A stretch of 64,000 nt of DNA from Candidatus Gottesmanbacteria bacterium (GTDB lineage Bacteria > Patescibacteriota > Microgenomatia > UBA10105 > UBA927): positions 859,548 to 923,547 of the forward strand of contig OY969569.1 of the NCBI GenBank assembly GCA_963701185.1, given 5' to 3'. Of this stretch, positions 7,698-16,815 are shown piece by piece (position 1 is the first letter of the stretch; each line of letters opens with the position of its first letter). Made by a program: the position numbers and the translations under genes. A model generated the notes under the pieces. That model did not search any database, had not been told where the DNA came from, and was given only the letters and a program-made list of their open reading frames with translations.

Positions 7698-8111
7698 ATG
7701 ACTATCACCATCTGCGGCAGTATGCAGTTTCATCATGAAATGACCCAAATCCAGCTTTCGCTGGAGGATCAGGGGCATACGGTGTTGGTACCCAAAGATC
7801 TGACGATTCTTGAACAGAACGAGTCATATATGGGGACGGACGAAGAACGGATTTCCTCTAAAATTGAACACGATTTTATCCGCGAGCATTTTAAAAAGAT
7901 TGAAAAATCCGACGCGATACTCATACTCAATTACGAAAAAAAGAACATTGTCGGATATGTGGGGGGAAATACGTTTTTGGAAATGGGGTACGCGTTCGGG
8001 CTGGGGAAGAAGATTTATCTTTTATATCCGGTTCCGGAGATGGATTACAAGGTTGAAATGCATTCCATGAAGCCGGTTGTGTTACACGGGGATCTTTCAA
8101 CGCTACAGTAA
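7698..8111 (+). CDS. Nucleoside 2-deoxyribosyltransferase-like (Rcl/DNPH1 fold) protein
   Basis: GGNTFLEMGYAFGLGKKIYL matches the family G..E.G.A.G.GK motif; true ATG at 7698, the ORF-track N-terminus overlaps the tRNAs. Confidence 0.5.
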   Translation: MTITICGSMQFHHEMTQIQLSLEDQGHTVLVPKDLTILEQNESYMGTDEERISSKIEHDFIREHFKKIEKSDAILILNYEKKNIVGYVGGNTFLEMGYAFGLGKKIYLLYPVPEMDYKVEMHSMKPVVLHGDLSTLQ

Positions 8112-10097
8112 CACGTCTTCCCCGTCTTTTTTATCCTGATGAATGAGCGTTCGAATTATTTTTCCCGCGCTGTCCAGAATCTCGAGCGTTCCGCCGTTTT
8201 GCCCCGTGAGCCGATCGTTGTACGTTTGTTCTGCGGCGCCCGTCCGGTCATCTGCCCGTATGTACCGTCCTGTTGCCGGAGTGAGTGTGATTCCCGGATA
8301 TGACAGGAGGGTCTCACGGACTTCGGCTGTTATAGGATGCGGCAAAATGCCGATTGCCGCCGGCCAGTCGGGCTGGCTGTTGACCATATACCGGTGGTAC
8401 AGGTTCACGGCGCTGTTCCCCGGAGGCCCCCCGAAAAGTTTTTCCAGGTATATAAGCATCTCCTGTTCGCGTGCAGGTTCAACTTTTTGAGGCGTTATCC
8501 ACACCATGTAGCTGGGGAAATCTGATGCAAGCACGGTCCCCTGACTGATAAGCGATCCGCGTCTTCCCGGTATCACGGTCGTTTTGAGGGAGTCGCCCCC
8601 GGTAAACCCCGCAATAAGGTACTGCGGCTGCCACGGAATGCGCCACCTGTTGTTTTCGTTGACAATAGGAAGACGGATTTTTTCCGTAAACCCACCCAGA
8701 TTTCTCGTGGTGTATGTTACCTCCAGTACTATGTATTGCGGACTGGCAAATTGTTTCCATGCGACCGGTTCGGCAGTAATGCTGATGGATTCAATATCTC
8801 CGTCCTTTATAATCCGCTGCATGTTCCGATGAAATGCATGTCTTGCCTCGGTTCTCTTTGTACTGTCGGTAAAGCGTTCATACATATCCTGGAAAAATCC
8901 GTGTTTCCAGTCGTAGAGAAACTGCCCGACGTCAGCTTCCGGCGTGGGAAATACGGCGTGCCAACCGGCATAGGCATTGAAAAACAGAAGGCTGCATGCG
9001 CAGGCGACAACCACCCATGTAGGTTTGAACGTCCGGATTGCAACAGCAGCCCCGATATACAAAAACGGAACAGTTAGGAGTAAATACCGCGTCCAGAAAG
9101 GAACAAACGTATAGAAGAGCATGATGAAAAAGACGGAGACCCAGATGGTGGCAACCCACATATTTTTCCGCGTCCTGTATGCCGTGTATGCGGAAAGAAT
9201 TGTGATAATCGGCCATGCTACGCTCCACTCCGGCACGGGTTGCCAAAGTTTGGTGAAGAGGTTTTGGGAGCGGTCAAAGAGTAGGGTCGTCCAGATACTT
9301 CCGATATTGGACTCCAATCGACTATTGGTGTAGAACATAAACATCCATTTTTGAACGCGCAGCCAATCAAGAAGCGTATGGCCCAACAAAAAATAGCGGG
9401 CATAGGAGAGCACATACATGCCTATTGCTGATACAAGAAAGATTAGTATATTGCGCGTTGAGCGTGTTTTTTTCCAGATATAATACCCGCCGACTGTCAG
9501 TAATATGACGGATAAAATCGGATACTTGATCGCAGAAAAAATACCCAGCGCAAGGCCTGCAGATGCGACACGCATGGGTCTGTATGGTTGGCCGACCGAA
9601 TAATGCAGCAGAATAAAGAACAGAAGGAGTGCAGAAAGATGCAGCGTGTCCAGCATAGTAGCCGTCCATTGTGACAGGAATATGAGATCAAAGGAGAACC
9701 AGGTGGCGGCAAGAAGCGCGTAGGTCGTATTCTTCAGTATGATTTTTGCCAAAACATAGAATAACAGTGCGGCCATAATCGATGTTGTTACCCCGTACCA
9801 ATATCCGTTTCCCGCAAGTTGTATGACGGCACCAATTGCGTATTTCCCCAACGGGGGAATCTCCGCGTTGTATTTTGTCGGATCAATGCCATAGACGAGT
9901 TGATACCCTTCATAGGCGTATAGCCCGTTATCACCGAGTGTTCTGTCGGAAAGAGGCAATTGCCATTGGGAATGTTCAAACCGGTCTTTCCAATACACAG
10001 CATCATAGGGGGACATAAGCTGCGCCCGGTTGGCCCAGAACAGTACGCCGGCAAGAAGAACGAGGAGTATAACGAGTACGACGTTCAATTTTTTCAC
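8103..10097 (-). CDS. Polytopic membrane glycosyltransferase, PMT/ArnT (GT39/GT83)-like, with C-terminal soluble domain
   Basis: At least 10 predicted TM helices in the N-terminal 400 aa, extracytoplasmic C-terminal domain; GTG start. Confidence 0.4.
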   Translation of the reverse strand: MKKLNVVLVILLVLLAGVLFWANRAQLMSPYDAVYWKDRFEHSQWQLPLSDRTLGDNGLYAYEGYQLVYGIDPTKYNAEIPPLGKYAIGAVIQLAGNGYWYGVTTSIMAALLFYVLAKIILKNTTYALLAATWFSFDLIFLSQWTATMLDTLHLSALLLFFILLHYSVGQPYRPMRVASAGLALGIFSAIKYPILSVILLTVGGYYIWKKTRSTRNILIFLVSAIGMYVLSYARYFLLGHTLLDWLRVQKWMFMFYTNSRLESNIGSIWTTLLFDRSQNLFTKLWQPVPEWSVAWPIITILSAYTAYRTRKNMWVATIWVSVFFIMLFYTFVPFWTRYLLLTVPFLYIGAAVAIRTFKPTWVVVACACSLLFFNAYAGWHAVFPTPEADVGQFLYDWKHGFFQDMYERFTDSTKRTEARHAFHRNMQRIIKDGDIESISITAEPVAWKQFASPQYIVLEVTYTTRNLGGFTEKIRLPIVNENNRWRIPWQPQYLIAGFTGGDSLKTTVIPGRRGSLISQGTVLASDFPSYMVWITPQKVEPAREQEMLIYLEKLFGGPPGNSAVNLYHRYMVNSQPDWPAAIGILPHPITAEVRETLLSYPGITLTPATGRYIRADDRTGAAEQTYNDRLTGQNGGTLEILDSAGKIIRTLIHQDKKDGEDVLL

Positions 10098-10105
10098 GTT
10101 AGGGG

Positions 10106-10111
10106 TATAAT
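10106..10111 (+). promoter_or_regulatory. -10 box TATAAT 9 nt upstream of tRNA-Arg(CCG)
   Basis: AGGGGTATAAT read directly. Confidence 0.45.
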
Positions 10112-10120
10112 AGGCTCTAA

Positions 10121-10193
10121 GCTCTCGTAGTTCAATGGATAGAATACGCCCCTCCGAAGGGTGTGATTGCAGTTCGACTCTGCACGAGAGCGC
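10121..10193 (+). tRNA. tRNA-Arg (anticodon CCG)
   Basis: Acceptor GCTCTCG/CGAGAGC; anticodon stem-loop CGCCC-CTCCGAA-GGGTG; D- and T-arms nearly identical to the tRNA at 7531. Confidence 0.8.
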
Positions 10194-10194
10194 A

Positions 10195-11106
10195 TTACCT
10201 GCTTACCCAATCTTTTACTTCCTGCAGGAGTCCCGAGCCGCTGGTAATCACAATACCAACAAGAACAAGGGCGGTGCCGAAAACAAACGCCGGTGAGATA
10301 GCTTCCTTCAGTACTGCGACATTGACGAGAATGGAGAAAACCGGCCCGATATAATTCTGAAGCGATGCGGTCGTTGCCGATGAGTGCTTAATTGCCCATT
10401 GGTACAAAAGATATGTGGCGACGGTAACGATCACGCCCAAGTGAAGAACAAGCAAAATCGTTGAAGGTTGAAGAAGAGTCGGTATATACGAAGGTTTAAA
10501 CGTAAACAGACTGATGACGAAAAATACGGCGGTTGTCGTAAATAAAAACATGCTTGTGACGGCGACAGGAGAGTACCCTTTATCTGCAATGGCCCGGCGT
10601 GAGCTGATTGTATAAAAGGACCATGCTATTGTGGCACATACAAAAAAGATATTTCCCGTTATGTTCCCTGAAACTGACTCACCCCGTGAAAAGGTCGGAA
10701 GAAAGGCTATAAAAAGAATTCCTGCAAATCCCACAAGAATACCTGTGAGTTTTTGCCTATTCAACCGTTCACCGATAAGATAGTGAGCTAAAATCGCGGT
10801 GAGCATCGGCGCGCCGGCGTAGGTGAGTGTCGCGGCATTGGCAGTGGAGAGTGATAATCCAAGATAATAAAAAAGGATGTTTATGGTGGCAAGAAGAGAA
10901 AAAGGGATGAGGTCGCGCATAAGATGCTTGCGTGTAACATTCGTTTTTAAAAAAATGGGCAAAATGACGAGTGAGGCTACAAAAAAACGAAGGAATGCGG
11001 CAAAATACGGGTCAAACTCCCGTACGATAATTTTGGAGAGCCCTGCGGTGGACCAGAGGAGCGAAGCCAGGATAATCGCAATAAGCGCTTTCGTGCGGGA
11101 AGACAT
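10195..11106 (-). CDS. EamA/DMT-family transporter
   Basis: 10-TM architecture with two EamA-like halves; starts 1 nt after the tRNA. Confidence 0.55.
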   Translation of the reverse strand: MSSRTKALIAIILASLLWSTAGLSKIIVREFDPYFAAFLRFFVASLVILPIFLKTNVTRKHLMRDLIPFSLLATINILFYYLGLSLSTANAATLTYAGAPMLTAILAHYLIGERLNRQKLTGILVGFAGILFIAFLPTFSRGESVSGNITGNIFFVCATIAWSFYTISSRRAIADKGYSPVAVTSMFLFTTTAVFFVISLFTFKPSYIPTLLQPSTILLVLHLGVIVTVATYLLYQWAIKHSSATTASLQNYIGPVFSILVNVAVLKEAISPAFVFGTALVLVGIVITSGSGLLQEVKDWVSR

Positions 11107-11119
11107 GCCCCTATTATAG

Positions 11120-11125
11120 TATAAT
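11120..11125 (+). promoter_or_regulatory. -10 box TATAAT 9 nt upstream of tRNA-Ser(GGA)
   Basis: TATAGTATAAT read directly. Confidence 0.45.
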
Positions 11126-11134
11126 TAGCCTATT

Positions 11135-11223
11135 GGAGAGGTGTGATAATTGGTAGTCGCCTCGCTTGGAAAGCGAGTGTCCTGGAAACGGGATTAGGGG
11201 TTCGAATCCCCTCCTCTCCGCCC
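11135..11223 (+). tRNA. tRNA-Ser (anticodon GGA)
   Basis: Acceptor GGAGAGG/CCTCTCC; anticodon stem-loop CTCGC-TTGGAAA-GCGAG; long variable arm; T-arm AGGGGTTCGAATCCCCT. Confidence 0.75.
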
Positions 11224-11227
11224 GAAT

Positions 11228-11545
11228 ATGGATATACATGATTTAACGGAAAAAATTGAAAAGATATCGGAGAATTACTCGAAAAAATATCAATTCGAGC
11301 GTGACCCCGATTGGTTTGTGCTGAAGCTTCAGGAAGAGCTCGGTGAGCTTATTCAGGCGTACCTTATGGTGCAAGGCAAAGCGCGGCAAAAAGGTAAAAG
11401 CAAAGAACAAATCCGGGATGATTTCGAAAATGAGGTAGCAGATGTATTGGCGCATACCCTTCTTCTGGCCAAACATTTTCACGTTGACCTGGATAAGGTT
11501 TTTGAAGGGAAATGGCTGAAGTGGGCTCAAAAGGAAGACGCATGA
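11228..11545 (+). CDS. MazG-like nucleotide pyrophosphohydrolase
   Basis: EELGELIQA and ENEVADVLAHTLLLA helices typical of the MazG NTP-PPase domain. Confidence 0.6.
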   Translation: MDIHDLTEKIEKISENYSKKYQFERDPDWFVLKLQEELGELIQAYLMVQGKARQKGKSKEQIRDDFENEVADVLAHTLLLAKHFHVDLDKVFEGKWLKWAQKEDA

Positions 11546-12012
11546 TTACCTGCACGTTTGAAAAGGGAAATGCCGCGCGTCTGCGGCATGTGGTGGTGCA
11601 TGCCATTATTGAGATGGATGGGAAGCTGCTTTTGGAGAAACGGACCGGCGACCTTTTAGAGAGCGGTAAATGGAGTTTACCCTCAGGATTTCTGGACCGC
11701 GATGAGACGGCAGCCGAAGGCATTGTGCGGGAGGTGAAAGAAGAAACAGGATGGGATTGCAAAGTTATCTCTTTGTTCCGCATCAACACCAACCCCAACC
11801 GGCCGCATGAAGACCGTCAGAATGTTTCGATTGAATTTTTGGTGAAAGCAATTAAAAAAACCGGTGAAAAGGACGCCGAGTCATCCAAGGTTGAATGGAT
11901 TCCGATTGATAAGCTTATCCCGCTATCTGATTTCGCGTTTGATCACGGGGAAAGTATAGGATTGTACCTCACGTACAGGAAAACTCCGTTTCCACTCCCG
12001 ATTATGGTATAG
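11512..12012 (+). CDS. NUDIX hydrolase
   Basis: Nudix box GKWSLPSGFLDRDETAAEGIVREVKEETG; true start may be the internal Met at 11542. Confidence 0.7.
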   Translation: MAEVGSKGRRMITCTFEKGNAARLRHVVVHAIIEMDGKLLLEKRTGDLLESGKWSLPSGFLDRDETAAEGIVREVKEETGWDCKVISLFRINTNPNRPHEDRQNVSIEFLVKAIKKTGEKDAESSKVEWIPIDKLIPLSDFAFDHGESIGLYLTYRKTPFPLPIMV

Positions 12013-12022
12013 TTGCCCTGCT

Positions 12023-13762
12023 ATGGCTGACACAGATGAGATTAAATCCCGCATCAATATCGTTGACTATATCGGAAAGCGCGTAACGCTTAAAAAAACC
12101 GGCAGGAATTATAAGGGCTTGTGTCCGTTCCACAACGAAAAAACGCCGTCATTTATCGTATCTCCGGAGCGCCAAACCTTCCATTGCTTCGGTTGCTCCA
12201 AGGGTGGGGACATATTCGCATTTGTCATGGAATATGACCATGTGGATTTTGTCGAGGCGCTTGCGGAACTGGCGGAGATTACCGGCGTAAAGCTTACCCG
12301 CCGCGCGGGGGATACTCCGGAAGTCAAACTCAAGCAAAAAATATTTGAAGTCAACCATCTGGCGAGCGAGTACTATCAGTACATCCTCACCAAGCACAAG
12401 CTGGGTGAAAAGGCACGTGACTATCTCAAACACCGCGAGGTTAGCGACAAATCCATAAAAACATTTGCCTTAGGCTACAGCCCGAACAGCTGGGATGCCG
12501 CATCATCCTATTTAAAGAAAAAAGGATATGAAGAAAAACTTCTGGAGACGGCAGGGCTAACGATCAGGGGAAATAGAGACTACTATGACCGGTTCCGCGG
12601 CCGCGTCATGTTTACCCTGAAAGATCACAGAGGAAATGTCGTGGGGTTTTCCGGACGGGTTCTGGATTCTACGGCTAAAGAGGCAAAATACATTAATACA
12701 TCCGAAACGCCGGTCTATATCAAAGGGAATGTCCTTTATGGATTGGATGTGACCAAAGCTGCAATACAAAAAGAAAATGAGGCAATCGTTATGGAAGGGG
12801 AACTGGATTGTATTTCTTCATTTCAGGCGGGGATCAGTAACGTTGTGGCGATTAAAGGGTCTGCGCTCACCGAGGGGCATGTCAATCTCATCCGCCGGTA
12901 TACCGAAAAATTATTGTTTGCCCTCGATAGCGACATGGCAGGGGACGCCGCGGCGCGGCGCGGCATAGAGATGGCCGACCGCGCGGGGCTGGACATGCGC
13001 GTCGTGACCTTGCCGTCCGGGAAAGATCCTGATGATGCGGTGCGGGAAAACGCGGCTGCCGTGAAAAAAGCCATCAAAAACGCGATTCCCATCTATGATT
13101 ATTTCATAGCATCCGCCGTCAAACGCTTTGACGCGCAAACTGCGTTCGGGAAGAAAAAAGTAAGTGAGGAGCTCCTGCCGATTTTGGCAAAGATTGAAAA
13201 TCCGATCGTCCAGGGGCATTACATCAAAAAGCTGGCGGGCGCTCTGGATGCATCGGAGGAAACTGTTACGGAGAGTATGCGGAGGCTCCATAAAGGTGAG
13301 GGGTTTAGTGCCGTGAAAGGGGAAAAAACAGAGAAAATCACGACCCGTTCGCAAAAATTGGAGACGTACATGCTGGCATTGGTTCTGCAGGGGAAAACGG
13401 CTGAATTGTTTGAAGAATTATCAGAGAGGATTACCCTTGCGGACGTTGCCAATCCTGCCGTGCAAAAAATTTTGGAGCAATTACAATCGTTTTTGGCTGC
13501 CAATAAGGTATTTCTTATCAAGGATTTTGCCGATTCCCTGCCGGTTGAACTTGTTCCGACGCTGGACGAGGCGTTTTTATGGGACATTGGAGATCAACTG
13601 GGAGATGGGGAACTTTTTGCCCGCGAATGGATGTCGGTATTGCGGGAGATGGAGCGTGTCTTGGTGAAGCGGGAAATTCACATACTTACACGTGATCCGG
13701 ATCATGCAGATCAGCTTCGGGCGCTTACGGACCGCCTAAAAGCACTGGAAAAAGAAGGATAA
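12023..13762 (+). CDS. dnaG: DNA primase DnaG
   Basis: CHC2 zinc finger CPFHNEKTPSF...HCFGC; TOPRIM EGELDCISSFQAG; 579 aa; precedes rpoD. Confidence 0.9.
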   Translation: MADTDEIKSRINIVDYIGKRVTLKKTGRNYKGLCPFHNEKTPSFIVSPERQTFHCFGCSKGGDIFAFVMEYDHVDFVEALAELAEITGVKLTRRAGDTPEVKLKQKIFEVNHLASEYYQYILTKHKLGEKARDYLKHREVSDKSIKTFALGYSPNSWDAASSYLKKKGYEEKLLETAGLTIRGNRDYYDRFRGRVMFTLKDHRGNVVGFSGRVLDSTAKEAKYINTSETPVYIKGNVLYGLDVTKAAIQKENEAIVMEGELDCISSFQAGISNVVAIKGSALTEGHVNLIRRYTEKLLFALDSDMAGDAAARRGIEMADRAGLDMRVVTLPSGKDPDDAVRENAAAVKKAIKNAIPIYDYFIASAVKRFDAQTAFGKKKVSEELLPILAKIENPIVQGHYIKKLAGALDASEETVTESMRRLHKGEGFSAVKGEKTEKITTRSQKLETYMLALVLQGKTAELFEELSERITLADVANPAVQKILEQLQSFLAANKVFLIKDFADSLPVELVPTLDEAFLWDIGDQLGDGELFAREWMSVLREMERVLVKREIHILTRDPDHADQLRALTDRLKALEKEG

Positions 13763-13765
13763 ATC

Positions 13766-13774
13766 TGGTATAAT
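13766..13774 (+). promoter_or_regulatory. Extended -10 promoter TGGTATAAT for rpoD
   Basis: TGnTATAAT in the dnaG-rpoD spacer, about 60 nt before the rpoD ATG. Confidence 0.5.
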
Positions 13775-13835
13775 CTTCTGTGAAGCGTGATTCATTGTTT
13801 CCACTCAAGGCGGAGGCAGGGATCTACGGAAATTT

Positions 13836-14927
13836 ATGGCTACCAAACCGAAAACCCTCGCTACTGTTGCCGATCTTATCAAAGAAGGAAAAAATAACGG
13901 TTTTGTCACGCAGGATGACATTCTCTTCCTATATCCCAAGCCGGAAGATCATATTAAAGAGCTCGATGATCTCTACGGGAAGCTTATCCATGCAGGGATT
14001 GACGTTTTTGAAACAACCTCCCAGGACATTGAGAAAGAAGCAAGCAAATCCATTCAGGATCTGGAAAAAGAAATAGAGGCGCTGGTGCGTGCATCCGCAG
14101 AGGGGGTTTCCGATCCGGTCCGTATGTATCTCAAGGAAATAGGCCGCATCCCTCTTCTGACGTTTGCCGATGAAATCTCGCTTGCCAAACGCTATGAAAA
14201 AGGCGACAGACGCGCCAAGAAAAAACTTATTGAATCAAACCTCCGTCTGGTCGTTTCCATTGCAAAAAAGTACATCGGCCGCGGCATGAGCCTTCTTGAT
14301 CTTATCCAGGAGGGGAATCAGGGGCTGATCCGTGCTGTCGAGAAATACGACTGGCGTAAAGGCTATAAGTTTTCAACGTACGCCACCTGGTGGATCCGGC
14401 AGGCCATTACCCGCGCGATTGCCGACCAGGCACGTACCATCAGAATTCCCGTACATATGGTGGAGACGATTAACCGGTTTGTCCGCGCCTCCCGCCGCCT
14501 CATGCAGGACCTCGGCCGCGAGCCTACGCCGGAGGAAATTGCCAAAGTCATGGAAGTGGATGTGACAAAGGTTCGGGAAATCATGAAAGTGTCCCAGGAG
14601 CCGACGAGCCTTGAAACGCCGGTGGGCGATGAGGAAGATTCGCATCTCGGCGATTTTATTTCCGATCCCGGTCCCACGCCGTATGAACAGACGTCGCGTC
14701 AGCTTCTCAAAGAACATATGGAAGAAGTTCTCACCACGCTTTCCGACCGCGAGAAAAAAGTACTCATTCTTCGTTTTGGTCTGGAAGACGGGCGCCCCCG
14801 GACGCTTGAAGAAGTCGGGGCGCAGTTCGGCGTCACCCGCGAACGCATACGACAAATCGAGGCAAAGGCGCTACGAAAACTTCGTCACCCCTCAAGAAGT
14901 AAAAAATTAAAAGATTATCTTGAGTAA
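13836..14927 (+). CDS. rpoD: RNA polymerase sigma-70 factor RpoD (compact)
   Basis: Region 2 [37 protein letters not shown]; region 4 [29 protein letters not shown]. Confidence 0.9.
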   Translation: MATKPKTLATVADLIKEGKNNGFVTQDDILFLYPKPEDHIKELDDLYGKLIHAGIDVFETTSQDIEKEASKSIQDLEKEIEALVRASAEGVSDPVRMYLKEIGRIPLLTFADEISLAKRYEKGDRRAKKKLIESNLRLVVSIAKKYIGRGMSLLDLIQEGNQGLIRAVEKYDWRKGYKFSTYATWWIRQAITRAIADQARTIRIPVHMVETINRFVRASRRLMQDLGREPTPEEIAKVMEVDVTKVREIMKVSQEPTSLETPVGDEEDSHLGDFISDPGPTPYEQTSRQLLKEHMEEVLTTLSDREKKVLILRFGLEDGRPRTLEEVGAQFGVTRERIRQIEAKALRKLRHPSRSKKLKDYLE

Positions 14928-16080
14928 AATTTTTCTTTTCATTCTTTTTCTTGTTGCCGGTGCGTTAAGCGCCGTTGGGCTTATGTATGGTTTGGGCGCG
15001 TCTCCGGTAAGGTTTGATAATCCCATTCTTACCACATTTGACGTAAAAAAACCGGAGATTGTCGGATTCTTACCATACTGGCTCATCAGTAAAACGGATA
15101 AAGATTATTCAAAATACATTACGACGCTTACGTACTTCGGGCTGACACTCAATAGCGACGGCACGGTTAAAAAACTCACCAATCCTCAGGAGGAAGAACC
15201 GGGGTGGACCGCCCTCAAGGCGGATACGTACCAGAAATACAATGCAAAACAGTCGCTGCTTGTTGTAAGCGGCGATGACGGCGCCATCGGCGATATGATC
15301 GGCAATCCCGTTGCCAGCGCGAACAATTTAATCGCGGACGTTGCCCCGATTATGAAAGAAAAGGGATTTACCGATTTAAACCTCGACATCGAAACATTTA
15401 TGGACGCATCGGAAAGTGCCCGCACCAACTTTACGTTGTTTGTGCAGACGGTGACAGAGCAGATAAAAGACCAAAAATTGGGGACGGTCACGCTTGACCT
15501 CATTCCCATAGCTCTGGTAAAAAGCAAAATCTATGACGCAAAAGCCCTCGGTGCGATTGTCGATCGCGTGGTGCTTATGACGTATGACTACCATTATACC
15601 GGGTCGTTTACGTCCGGTGCCAACGCACCGATCGGGGGAGCGGAGGTCACGATAGAATATGATACCCAAACGGCAGTGAAAGAAGCGCTCAAGGTGATGC
15701 CGCCGCAAAAAATACTTTTAGGAATTCCGCTTTATGGCTATGAATGGGAAACCCTAGGTTCCGCTCCCGAGTCGGCAACGATTCCCGGCGGATCATCTAT
15801 TGCCAGCGTTCGACGGGTTGCAGATCTTTTATCAGCCTGTGCAACATGTTCAGCTCAAATTGATCAAGTCGCCAAAGAACCATACGTCATTTATCAGGAC
15901 AATGATTACTTTAACCAGATTTATTTTGAAAATGAGGACTCGATGAAGGAAAAAATAGCGATGGCTCAAACATATCATCTCGGCGGTGTTGCCCTGTGGG
16001 CATTGGGATATGAGGACAGTACGATGCTTACGCCCTTATCAACATACAAAAACACGTTGGATTTATCTAACCTGTATTAA
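14920..16080 (+). CDS. Glycoside hydrolase family 18-like secreted protein
   Basis: Signal peptide; DLNLDIE (variant of GH18 DxDxE) and YGYEW motifs; TTG start overlapping the rpoD stop. Confidence 0.5.
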   Translation: MSKIFLFILFLVAGALSAVGLMYGLGASPVRFDNPILTTFDVKKPEIVGFLPYWLISKTDKDYSKYITTLTYFGLTLNSDGTVKKLTNPQEEEPGWTALKADTYQKYNAKQSLLVVSGDDGAIGDMIGNPVASANNLIADVAPIMKEKGFTDLNLDIETFMDASESARTNFTLFVQTVTEQIKDQKLGTVTLDLIPIALVKSKIYDAKALGAIVDRVVLMTYDYHYTGSFTSGANAPIGGAEVTIEYDTQTAVKEALKVMPPQKILLGIPLYGYEWETLGSAPESATIPGGSSIASVRRVADLLSACATCSAQIDQVAKEPYVIYQDNDYFNQIYFENEDSMKEKIAMAQTYHLGGVALWALGYEDSTMLTPLSTYKNTLDLSNLY

Positions 16081-16716
16081 AACCACTGTTCGCGCCTCGT
16101 CATCGATATTTGCCCGTTGACCGGCTTTCATAGTCCATACCCGCGTATTGTTATCCATATCCACAAGCGCAAATTTTACTGACCCGGTTTTGACGGTGAT
16201 AGACAGGTCACTATCAATGATAGTGATTGTTGTATCTCCGGGACCTATGGTTACCAGCGTATGAAGCGCGCGTACGGAAACCGGTTGGGTGACAAGATAT
16301 TCTATTTTTCCCGACTTTTGCTGGAGAACGAAATTGACAGGAAATAGGTTGGCAAACACAAGTTCCGCTACCGGCCCCATATTGATATTGGCGATGCCTT
16401 GTACAATGGCAGTAGCAGTCGAATTTTCCTTCGTCGCCACGGATTCCCCAAGCAAAATCTGTGCTCCTGTTGATGATTCTTTATACTCAGTATCCCCTCG
16501 GGAAAATTTTTGGGCATGTCCTCCGGTGACGGTGAGTGTCCCCGATACCGCCTGTGACGGAGGCACAAGGGCGAATGTCGGTTCCGGCGTGGGTTTGACC
16601 GCAGGTGTTTTGATTACTGGCGCAGTCTGTCTGTCGCGGATATATTGGTATCCTAAGACCCCGCCAAAACCGAGGATAAAGGCGACCAGTACCGGAAGAA
16701 TGTTTTTCATAGTCAA
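16063..16716 (-). CDS. Secreted hypothetical protein
   Basis: Signal/TM N-terminus MTMKNILPVLVAFILGFGGVLG, Pro/Thr-rich linker. Confidence 0.4.
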   Translation of the reverse strand: MTMKNILPVLVAFILGFGGVLGYQYIRDRQTAPVIKTPAVKPTPEPTFALVPPSQAVSGTLTVTGGHAQKFSRGDTEYKESSTGAQILLGESVATKENSTATAIVQGIANINMGPVAELVFANLFPVNFVLQQKSGKIEYLVTQPVSVRALHTLVTIGPGDTTITIIDSDLSITVKTGSVKFALVDMDNNTRVWTMKAGQRANIDDEARTVVLIQVR

Positions 16717-16728
16717 ATTTTTTCCTTT

Positions 16729-16802
16729 ATCGTCTAATTTTGTCTAAGTTGATAACCATGTAATTTAGTCTTAAATAAGAGTGATCGTCTAATTTTGTCT
16801 AA
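16729..16802. repeat. Two exact 19-bp direct repeats ATCGTCTAATTTTGTCTAA (16729-16747, 16784-16802) plus extra GTCTAA motifs
   Basis: Read directly; in the 100-bp spacer upstream of the 16063-16716 gene. Confidence 0.7.
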
Positions 16803-16815
16803 ATTGTCTAATGTA

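Noticed and set aside
8143-10054. Numerous 60-115-aa ORFs on both strands inside 8103-10097
   Set aside because: All are nested within the long PMT-like membrane protein CDS, which has a consistent TM pattern; shadow ORFs
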